Source: a bacterium
GTDB lineage: Bacteria; Patescibacteriota; Microgenomatia; Levybacterales; UBA12049
Length of the DNA: 64,000 nucleotides
NCBI GenBank assembly: GCA_021791545.1
Contig: JAJYWL010000016.1
Span: 155,704-219,703 of the forward strand
Reading direction: 5' to 3'
In this document: in pieces, positions 57,349 to 64,000 of the stretch
Position numbering within the stretch: the first letter of the stretch is position 1
How the letters are laid out: every line of letters begins with the position of its first letter
Notes under the pieces: model-generated
Seen by the model: only the letters and a program-made list of their open reading frames with translations
Told to the model about the DNA's origin: nothing
Databases searched by the model: none
Position numbers and translations under genes: made by a program

Positions 57349-58674
57349 ATGGTTAAAGAGTTGTCCCGCGATAGCCGTACAAATATTTTCCAAGACATTT
57401 GGGAGACGTTTTCCTCTTTTGATAGATTCACAAAGTTAATGGTTTTGGGAATCCTTCTCATAGTCCTTATCACTCCGGCAGCTATTTCAGCTCAATATAT
57501 CCTTAGTCAGCATGCACAATCCTTGCCAACCGAGAATATCGATAATCCTGTTTCTCAAAAACCCGATAAAAGTAAAACTTTGCAGCAATCTCAAACAGCA
57601 ACACCCCAGACTCTTACTCCTCAGGCTGTAACGACAACTTCTTATTACGTTACAAACCAGGAAGTAATAAATGCTTTTAATGCAACCAATTCATGGAGGG
57701 CTCAAAATGGAGTGTTTGCCCTAAAGGCATCTAAAACATTGACAGACATTGCCCAATGGAAGGCAAATGATATGGCTACACATCAGTATTGTAGTCATAC
57801 CGATTCTTTAGGTAGAGATCCTTTCAAGATGATGGATGCAATGGGCTATGCTTTTAATACTTATAGGGCAGAGAATATTGCTTGTGGGCCGTGGTCAGGA
57901 GGACAGCAAGTATTTGATGCATTCAAAAATTCACCCGCTCATAACTCCGTAATGCTTGGAAATGTTTATTATGTAGTTGGTATAGCAAGAGCATATAATG
58001 CTGCAAATAGCAGTTATTATTGGGCTGAAGAATACGGAGGATATGTCTATACTCCAGTAACGTATGTTACAGCTCTTCCTTCTGCGACTTTAACGCCAAC
58101 TCCCATCGTTGCTCCTTCCGCTCCAACGGGATTAAACACTTCTACTTTTTGTCAGGGAACCGCATCGGGAGTTAATTTTGCCTGGTCAGCTACAGCAGGA
58201 GCTACATATTATCTTCAATCTTATGCCGGTTATGCCGCAGTCAATACTGGTACGGCAACATCAAGAAGAGTTCCTTCATCAACAACATGTACAACGGGAC
58301 CGGGAGGATGCAGTTTTAGCTACAATAACACTATAAATTGGTACGTTAAGGCGTGTAATAGCGCTGGATGTAGCCCTCAAAGTAATGGTCCGGCTGTTAC
58401 GACAAAAACTTGTTCAGCACAATATACGTTAAATGTAGCTGCTTATGCTCATGTAAGATCATATACTTTAGGAACTGGGGGTTGTATGAGCGGATATTCT
58501 GTATATAATTGGGGTGGAAATGCTTCATCTGCACCCTGTAATGCACCCGTCACAAGGAAATATTGTGGAACAACTACGAGTGGAACTACCTGTTATGTCA
58601 CTGCAGGGGTGTTTGCAGGTAAAAATGTACGTATATCTTCTTCCGACGGGACAAGCGTAACCCTCAGATATTAA
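57349..58674 (+). CDS. Membrane-anchored secreted CAP/SCP (PR-1-like) domain protein with Cys-rich Fn3-like C-terminal region
   Basis: 441 aa with an N-terminal TM anchor and a Q/T/P linker. The CAP core is 'WKANDMATHQYCSHTDSLGRDPFKMMDAMGY...AENIACG...FKNSPAHNSVMLGNVYYVVGIARAY', followed by a C-terminal Cys/Thr/Gly-rich ~200 aa. The gene has its own promoter-like TTGACA...TAATAT (57309-57340) and a locally higher GC content. Confidence 0.65.
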   Translation: MVKELSRDSRTNIFQDIWETFSSFDRFTKLMVLGILLIVLITPAAISAQYILSQHAQSLPTENIDNPVSQKPDKSKTLQQSQTATPQTLTPQAVTTTSYYVTNQEVINAFNATNSWRAQNGVFALKASKTLTDIAQWKANDMATHQYCSHTDSLGRDPFKMMDAMGYAFNTYRAENIACGPWSGGQQVFDAFKNSPAHNSVMLGNVYYVVGIARAYNAANSSYYWAEEYGGYVYTPVTYVTALPSATLTPTPIVAPSAPTGLNTSTFCQGTASGVNFAWSATAGATYYLQSYAGYAAVNTGTATSRRVPSSTTCTTGPGGCSFSYNNTINWYVKACNSAGCSPQSNGPAVTTKTCSAQYTLNVAAYAHVRSYTLGTGGCMSGYSVYNWGGNASSAPCNAPVTRKYCGTTTSGTTCYVTAGVFAGKNVRISSSDGTSVTLRY

Positions 58675-58699
58675 AAAGATTTAGGGAATACTTAAGTTC

Positions 58700-58813
58700 T
58701 TGCATTTGGCCTTCCATTTTTATATAATTGTCTGTAATTAAATGAACTAAAGGACTATCTAGGGAAGCCTACAGAAATTTAGAAAATAAAGGCGGCTCAA
58801 GTAGTCGCTTTTT
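58700..58813 (+). promoter_or_regulatory. rplC-operon promoter (TTGCAT-17-TATAAT) and leader hairpin + U5
   Basis: TTGCAT at 58700-58705 and TATAAT at 58723-58728. The hairpin GCGGCU-CAAGU-AGUCGC at 58792-58808 is followed by UUUUU (58809-58813). The rplC ATG is at 58829. Confidence 0.45.
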
Positions 58814-58828
58814 GTTTGTTAAAAAGAT

Positions 58829-59737
58829 ATGCAGTTACGAGCAGTTTTAGGAAAGAAATTAGATCAGACACAAGCATTCTTGGAAGACGGAACAAGAGTT
58901 CCTGTTTCTGTTATTGATGTTAAGGGAAATTTTGTTTCTCAGATTAAGACTTCGGAAAAAGAAGGATACAATTCTGTACAGCTTGCATTCGGAAATAAAA
59001 AGAAATTAAACAAAGCAACAACAGGTCACTTAAATAAAGCGGGAATAAAAGAACAACCCCGCTTTTTTAGAGAAATAAGAGCAGAAGAAGCAGTCGAAAT
59101 TGAACTTGGTTCAAATGTTGATGCTTCAACTGTTTTACAACCTGGAGATATAGTAGATGTTTCAGGAGTATCTAAAGGAAAAGGATTTGCAGGTGGAGTA
59201 AAAAGATTCCATTTCAGAGGAGGACCTAGAACTCACGGACAATCGGATAGAGAAAGAGCACCAGGATCAATAGGACAAACAACAACTCCCGGTAGAGTAT
59301 ACAAGGGAAAAAGAATGGCCGGAAGAATGGGAACAGAAAATGTTACCGTCAAAAATCTTGAGGTATTGGAAGTTAAAGACGGAACAGTCTTGATAAGAGG
59401 TTTGGTTCCTGGATTTAAAAATAACTTTTTGGTCATAGAAAAAGTAGGAGAGAATAAAAAATTCAAACCTTTATACAGAGAACCTGAAGAAGTAACAGAA
59501 GAACCTGTACAGGCAGAAGCCCAGGTAGAACAGGTAGAGCCGGTAGGAGAAACTTCAGCAGAGGGAGTACAGGCAGAAGCAGTAATCGAACAGGCACAGC
59601 CTGTTGAGGAAACTTCCGTAGAGGAAGTAGAGGCACCTGCAGTCGAAGTTCAGGAAGGAACACAAGAACAAGCAGAAGAGCAAGCACCTGTTGAGGAAAA
59701 GGGAGAAGAACAACAAAAAGAGGAGGAAGCTAAATAA
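58829..59737 (+). CDS. rplC: 50S ribosomal protein L3 with ~90-aa acidic repetitive C-terminal extension
   Basis: The L3 core carries 'GKGFAGGVKRFHFRGGPRTHGQSDRERAPGSIG'. The C-terminal tail is EPVQAEAQVEQVEPVGETSAEGVQAEAV... Confidence 0.92.
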   Translation: MQLRAVLGKKLDQTQAFLEDGTRVPVSVIDVKGNFVSQIKTSEKEGYNSVQLAFGNKKKLNKATTGHLNKAGIKEQPRFFREIRAEEAVEIELGSNVDASTVLQPGDIVDVSGVSKGKGFAGGVKRFHFRGGPRTHGQSDRERAPGSIGQTTTPGRVYKGKRMAGRMGTENVTVKNLEVLEVKDGTVLIRGLVPGFKNNFLVIEKVGENKKFKPLYREPEEVTEEPVQAEAQVEQVEPVGETSAEGVQAEAVIEQAQPVEETSVEEVEAPAVEVQEGTQEQAEEQAPVEEKGEEQQKEEEAK

Positions 59738-60465
59738 TGCCAGCAGCTAAAAAGACAACAGTTAAAAAAGAAGCAGTTAAAAAGGCACCTGTAAAAGCAG
59801 AAGTCAAAGCTCCAAAGGCAGAAGGACTTTCAGTTCAGGTCTTTGATTTGACAGGAAAATCTGCAGGGAAAGTAGAGCTTCCAAAAGAAATATTTGGAGT
59901 GAAGGTAAACGAAGGTCTTATCTCTCAGGCGGTAAGAGTATATCTTGCAAACAGAAGAAGAGGAACAGTCTCTACCAAATCAAGGGGAGAAGTAAAGATC
60001 TCTACAAAGAAAATATATAGACAAAAAGGAACGGGAAGAGCAAGACACGGTGCAAAATCAGCTCCAATATTTGTCGGAGGAGGAGTAGCATTTGGACCAA
60101 AACCAAGAGATTATTCTTTGAAACTTTCTCAGAAAATGAAAAAAGTAGCACTTTTCTCTGCTCTTTCTTCAAAACTTAAAGACGGAGAGATAAAAGTTTT
60201 ATCGGGTCTTGAAAAAGTAGAACCTAAGACAAAAAACATGGAAAAAACATTCGAAAGCCTTGAGCTTAATGCAAAAGGAAGAAATGTTCTTTTGGTAACA
60301 GTAAAAGGAATGGATAATGCGGGAAAAGCGGGAAGAAATCTAAAAGGAGTAAGAATATTAAATGCAAACCTTTTGAATACATATGACGTTTTGAATAACA
60401 AAGGAATAGTTCTTGCAAAAGAATCTATAGAAGCTTTAAGAGAAACTTTTTTGAAGGAGAAATAA
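59737..60465 (+). CDS. rplD: 50S ribosomal protein L4 with Lys/Ala-rich N-terminal extension
   Basis: 'QAVRVYLANRRRGTVSTKSRGEV...KGTGRARHGAKSAPIFVGGG'. Confidence 0.92.
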   Translation: MPAAKKTTVKKEAVKKAPVKAEVKAPKAEGLSVQVFDLTGKSAGKVELPKEIFGVKVNEGLISQAVRVYLANRRRGTVSTKSRGEVKISTKKIYRQKGTGRARHGAKSAPIFVGGGVAFGPKPRDYSLKLSQKMKKVALFSALSSKLKDGEIKVLSGLEKVEPKTKNMEKTFESLELNAKGRNVLLVTVKGMDNAGKAGRNLKGVRILNANLLNTYDVLNNKGIVLAKESIEALRETFLKEK

Positions 60466-60753
60466 ATGATAATTTTAAGTCCTGTTATAACAGAAAAATC
60501 AATGAATGACGTATCTAAAGGAAGATACACATTTAAAGTGGATAATAAAGCAAATAAAAATGAAATTAAAAAAGAAGTAGAAAAAAGATTCAGTGTTAAT
60601 GTTACAAACATTTCTACAGTTACCATTAAAGGAAGGACTGCAAGAAGAGGATCAAGAAGAGAAGAAGTAAAACTTCAGCCATTTAAAAAAGCAGTCGTAA
60701 CATTAAAGGCAGGACAAAAAATAGGAATGTTTGAAGCAGGAGGAGAAAAATAA
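60466..60753 (+). CDS. rplW: 50S ribosomal protein L23
   Basis: 95 aa at the conserved position between L4 and L2 in the S10 operon; the track translation has L23-like composition. Confidence 0.85.
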   Translation: MIILSPVITEKSMNDVSKGRYTFKVDNKANKNEIKKEVEKRFSVNVTNISTVTIKGRTARRGSRREEVKLQPFKKAVVTLKAGQKIGMFEAGGEK

Positions 60754-61506
60754 ATGAAAAATCTTAAATTCATAAAAAAGAAAAATTCCGGAAGAGATCA
60801 AAGCGGAAAAGTTTCTGTCAGACATCAGGGGGGACAACAGAAAAGATTCTATAGAGTTGTCGATTTCAAAAGAGATAAAAGAGATATTGCAGGAAAGATT
60901 GTTGCAATAGAGTACGATCCAAATAGAACCGTAGATATTGCTTTGGTACAATACCAAGACGGAGAAAAAAGATTTATTTTGGCTCCTCAAGGATTAGGTT
61001 TAAATGATACAATTGTATCCGGCGAAAACGTCGAGTTAAAAAACGGTAACGCAATGCCTATGGTTAACATGCCGATAGGTACAGTTATCCATAACATAGA
61101 ACTTGTTCCGGGACACGGTGGACAGATGGCAAGATCAAGCGGAACAAGCGCAACAATTGCAGCAAGAGAAGGAAACTTTGTACATCTTAAACTTCCTTCA
61201 GGAGAAGTAAGAAAAGTTTTAGCAGCCGGAATGGCAACAATCGGCGCATTAGGAAATGCAGATTGGAAAAACAGAGTTTTCAAAAAAGCAGGAACAAGAA
61301 GACATATGGGAATCAGGCCAACCGTAAGAGGAGTAGCAATGAATCCAAGATCACATCCTCATGGAGGAGGAGAAGGAAGATCCGGAATCGGTATGTCACT
61401 TCCTAAAACATTTGCTGGAAGACCTGCAGTAGGAAAAACAAGAAGACCAACAAAATATTCTAATAAATATATTTTGCAAAGGAGGAAAGCTGGAAAGCAT
61501 AACTAA
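60754..61506 (+). CDS. rplB: 50S ribosomal protein L2
   Basis: '[22 protein letters not shown]...[15 protein letters not shown]'. Confidence 0.93.
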   Translation: MKNLKFIKKKNSGRDQSGKVSVRHQGGQQKRFYRVVDFKRDKRDIAGKIVAIEYDPNRTVDIALVQYQDGEKRFILAPQGLGLNDTIVSGENVELKNGNAMPMVNMPIGTVIHNIELVPGHGGQMARSSGTSATIAAREGNFVHLKLPSGEVRKVLAAGMATIGALGNADWKNRVFKKAGTRRHMGIRPTVRGVAMNPRSHPHGGGEGRSGIGMSLPKTFAGRPAVGKTRRPTKYSNKYILQRRKAGKHN

Positions 61507-61511
61507 ATAAT

Positions 61512-61796
61512 ATGGCAAGGAGTTCAAAAAAAGGACCATTTGTAGATCCAAGAATTGTTAAAAAAGTAATGAAGCAGAAAGAAACCGGCGATAAGTCCGT
61601 AATAAAAGTATGGAATAGAGCCTGTGTTATTTCTCCTGAATTTGTAGGACATACAATCGGTGTTTATAACGGAAAAGTATTTATAAACGTCTTTGTTTCA
61701 GAAGCAATGGTAGGACATAGACTCGGAGAATTTTCTCCTACAAGAACATTTAGAACACACGGAAGAGTAGTAGCAAGGGAGATATCTAAGACATAA
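61512..61796 (+). CDS. rpsS: 30S ribosomal protein S19
   Basis: '[14 protein letters not shown]...[35 protein letters not shown]'. Confidence 0.93.
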   Translation: MARSSKKGPFVDPRIVKKVMKQKETGDKSVIKVWNRACVISPEFVGHTIGVYNGKVFINVFVSEAMVGHRLGEFSPTRTFRTHGRVVAREISKT

Positions 61797-61797
61797 C

Positions 61798-62196
61798 ATG
61801 GAAATAAGAGCAGTATCTAAATCAGTTAGAGTAAGTCCAAGAAAAGTAAGATTGGTAGCCCAAGTTATAAGAAACCAGAAGGCTGATGATGCTTTAAGGA
61901 CTTTATATCTTCTTAAAAAAAGAGGATCTTTGGTCTTGGAGAAAACATTAAAGAGTGCTATTGCCAATGCAACAAATAATGCAAATTTGAAAAGGGAAGA
62001 TTTGGTTATCAAAAGCCTTGATGTTTTGGAAGCACCTGCTTACAAAAGATATCATCCTTCAACAAGAGGAAGGATACATCCTTATAAAAAAAGAGGAAGC
62101 CATATAACTATAGTTTTGGAAGATTTAAAAGTTGAAGCTCCAAAAGAAGAAGTAAAAAAAGAAGTTAAAGAAAAGAAAGAAGAGGTAAAAAAATAA
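61798..62196 (+). CDS. rplV: 50S ribosomal protein L22 with Lys/Glu-rich C-terminal extension
   Basis: 'RVSPRKVRLVAQVIRNQKADDALRTLYLL...RGRIHPYKKRGSHITIVL'. Confidence 0.9.
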   Translation: MEIRAVSKSVRVSPRKVRLVAQVIRNQKADDALRTLYLLKKRGSLVLEKTLKSAIANATNNANLKREDLVIKSLDVLEAPAYKRYHPSTRGRIHPYKKRGSHITIVLEDLKVEAPKEEVKKEVKEKKEEVKK

Positions 62197-62832
62197 ATGG
62201 GAAAGAAAGTTAATCCAAAAGTATTAAGAATAGGACCATTACTTACTTGGGACAGCAGATGGTTTGACGACAGAAGATACAAGGAAACCTTGCTTGAAGA
62301 TTTCCATATAAGAAGATCTTTGATGGAAAGACTAAAAAATGCGGGAGTATCTTCAATCGAAATAGAAAGATCTATAAATAACATTAAGATAACAGCATAT
62401 GTCTCCAAGCCAGGAATGGTTATAGGAAGAGGCGGAGCAGGACTTGAAGAACTCAAAGTATTTTTGACAGAACTTCTTAAAAAAGGAAACAAGAATCAGT
62501 TCAAACTTGATATAAGGATTGAACCTATTAAGGATCCAAATCTTGATGCATACTTGGTTGCAAGAAATGTTTCTGACCAATTGATAAGAAGACTTCCTGC
62601 AAAAAGAGTTTTGGCTCAAAATGTCGAAAGAGTAATGGCATCCGGAGCAAAAGGAGTAAGAATAGTTCTTTCCGGAAGAATCGGTGGAGCTGAAATTGGA
62701 AGAAGAGAAAGATTACAGGTTGGTAAAGTTCCATTATCAACAATAAGAGCAAACATTAGCTATGCAAGCTTGCCAGCTCTTACAAAGAAAGGATATATCG
62801 GAGTAAAAGTCTGGATAAATAGAGAGGAATAA
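62197..62832 (+). CDS. rpsC: 30S ribosomal protein S3
   Basis: '[12 protein letters not shown]', with a KH domain and '[12 protein letters not shown]'. Confidence 0.92.
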   Translation: MGKKVNPKVLRIGPLLTWDSRWFDDRRYKETLLEDFHIRRSLMERLKNAGVSSIEIERSINNIKITAYVSKPGMVIGRGGAGLEELKVFLTELLKKGNKNQFKLDIRIEPIKDPNLDAYLVARNVSDQLIRRLPAKRVLAQNVERVMASGAKGVRIVLSGRIGGAEIGRRERLQVGKVPLSTIRANISYASLPALTKKGYIGVKVWINREE

Positions 62833-62833
62833 T

Positions 62834-63247
62834 ATGTTAACACCAAGAAGAGCAAAATATAGAAAACAATTTAGAGGAAACTTAAAAGGAGATTCATATA
62901 GAGGAACAACAATTTCTTTTGGGGAATACGGAATAATGGCTGAGACAATGGGATGGATTACATCAAGACAAATTGAAGCGGCAAGAAGAGCTATTACCCA
63001 TTACACCCAAAGAGGAGGAAGGGTTTGGATAAGAATATTTCCGGATAAACCTATTACCAAGAAACCTGCTGAAACCAGAATGGGATCGGGAAAAGGTGAT
63101 GTATCTGAATTCGTAGCACCTGTAAAACCGGGAAGAATACTCTTCGAAATGGGAGGAGTTTCAAAAGAAACAGCAATGGCAGCATTAAGACTTGCATCAA
63201 ACAAACTTAATGTAAAAACAAAAATTGTAGAAAAACAGGAATTATAA
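62834..63247 (+). CDS. rplP: 50S ribosomal protein L16
   Basis: '[19 protein letters not shown]...[25 protein letters not shown]'. Confidence 0.93.
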   Translation: MLTPRRAKYRKQFRGNLKGDSYRGTTISFGEYGIMAETMGWITSRQIEAARRAITHYTQRGGRVWIRIFPDKPITKKPAETRMGSGKGDVSEFVAPVKPGRILFEMGGVSKETAMAALRLASNKLNVKTKIVEKQEL

Positions 63248-63249
63248 AT

Positions 63250-63477
63250 ATGAAAACAAAAGAGAAAAAAGATTTATTTACTAAAAGTTCAAACGAATTG
63301 GGAAAGTTACTTTCCGAAGCACGCGAGGATTTGGTAAACTTAAATCTCGAGAAAGTACAGAATAAACTTAAGAATCAAAGATCAATCTTTATGAAAAGAA
63401 AAGAAATAGCATTAATAGCAACAGCATTAAGAGAAAAGAAAATCTTAGAAGCGGCAGCAGTTAAGGAGACTAAATAA
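63250..63477 (+). CDS. rpmC: 50S ribosomal protein L29
   Basis: 75 aa, helical, at the conserved position between L16 and S17. Confidence 0.8.
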   Translation: MKTKEKKDLFTKSSNELGKLLSEAREDLVNLNLEKVQNKLKNQRSIFMKRKEIALIATALREKKILEAAAVKETK

Positions 63478-63480
63478 AAT

Positions 63481-63711
63481 ATGAAAACATTTGACGGAAA
63501 AATAGTATCACTTAAAATGGACAAGACAGCAGTGGTAGAAGTAACAAGATACCAGGCTCATCCATTGTACAGAAAACTTATAAAATTAAGTAAAAAATAC
63601 AAGGTAGAAAAGGGAGATAAAGAATTGCAGTTGGGGGAAAGAGTAAAAATCGGACAGACAAAACCAACAGCAAAAGGAAAATATTTTAAAATTGTGGAGG
63701 TAATTAAATAA
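63481..63711 (+). CDS. rpsQ: 30S ribosomal protein S17
   Basis: 'DGKIVSLKMDKTAVVEVTRYQAHPLYRKLIKLSKKYKVE'. Confidence 0.9.
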   Translation: MKTFDGKIVSLKMDKTAVVEVTRYQAHPLYRKLIKLSKKYKVEKGDKELQLGERVKIGQTKPTAKGKYFKIVEVIK

Positions 63712-64000
63712 TGATACAGCATAGAACAATGTTAAGGGTTGCCGACAATTCAGGCGCAAAAGTCTTACAAGTAATCCATATTTTTGGAGGATCAAGAAGA
63801 AAATTCGGATATTTGGGAGACGTCTTAAATTGTGTAGTAAAAGAGGCAATTCCAACAGGACAGGTAAAAGAAAGTGAAATAGTAAAAGTAGTTTTGGTAA
63901 GAGCAAGAAAAGAGCATAAAAGAGCAGACGGTTCATATGTAAGATTCTCTGAAAATGCGGGAGTAGTCATAGATAACGCAAAAGATAAGAATCCAAGAGG
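63711..64000 (+). CDS. rplN: 50S ribosomal protein L14 (partial, runs off the window 3' end)
   Basis: The ATG overlaps the rpsQ stop (taATG). Translation 'MIQHRTMLRVADNSGAKVLQVIHIFGGSRRKFGYLGDVLNCVVKEAIP...' is the canonical L14 N-terminus. Confidence 0.9.
   Translation, partial: MIQHRTMLRVADNSGAKVLQVIHIFGGSRRKFGYLGDVLNCVVKEAIPTGQVKESEIVKVVLVRARKEHKRADGSYVRFSENAGVVIDNAKDKNPR

Overview
This is a low-GC, gene-dense bacterial fragment dominated by core information-processing genes. Several proteins are shortened relative to model bacteria (IF-2, AlaRS, MetRS), and several ribosomal proteins carry terminal low-complexity extensions. Together with weak or absent Shine-Dalgarno sequences, an archaeal-type AMP phosphorylase, a sortase and many small membrane proteins, this gives a Patescibacteria/CPR-like impression, which is inference only.

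Gene order from the window start to about 11.5 kb:
- a partial GT2 glycosyltransferase running off the 5' edge, then tatD and an NRAMP transporter;
- an accessory-looking cluster of three membrane-tethered PD-(D/E)xK-type nuclease-domain proteins (two Mrr_cat paralogs, one carrying a topoisomerase-type C4 zinc ribbon, plus a NERD protein) interleaved with small membrane or secreted ORFs;
- a cellulose-synthase-like GT2 with a Pro/Thr-rich tail, then TspO, a GH18 hydrolase and an ArsR regulator.

From about 11.9 to 35 kb:
- metK, preceded by an S-box (SAM-I-family) riboswitch-like leader with an intrinsic terminator, then metG;
- hrcA-grpE-dnaK with a sigma70-type promoter overlapping a degenerate CIRCE-like operator, then a DnaJ-like protein lacking the zinc-finger domain;
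- an MFS transporter;
- nusA, infB, a catalytically degenerate NrnA-like DHH protein, rpsO and pnp;
- a Lon-like AAA+ module with no protease domain, translationally coupled to RNase J;
- a MazG-like NTP pyrophosphohydrolase, a protein built on a near-perfect 30-bp tandem repeat, ftsK and a RodZ-like protein.

From about 35 to 43.3 kb, on the minus strand:
- mltG, an AMP/thymidine phosphorylase, a sortase, a large membrane protein and alaS;
- then, on the plus strand, a membrane cupredoxin.

From about 43.4 kb to the window end:
- rpoB-rpoC-rpsL-rpsG-fusA-tuf, followed by the S10 ribosomal operon (rpsJ, rplC, rplD, rplW, rplB, rpsS, rplV, rpsC, rplP, rpmC, rpsQ, partial rplN).
- This conserved block is interrupted by two antisense hypothetical ORFs flanking fusA, a small ORF before tuf, and a CAP/SCP-domain secreted protein inserted between rpsJ and rplC with its own promoter.

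Hairpin-plus-U-tract elements recur in the leaders of tuf, fusA, rpoB and rplC. No tRNA, rRNA or CRISPR array was found.
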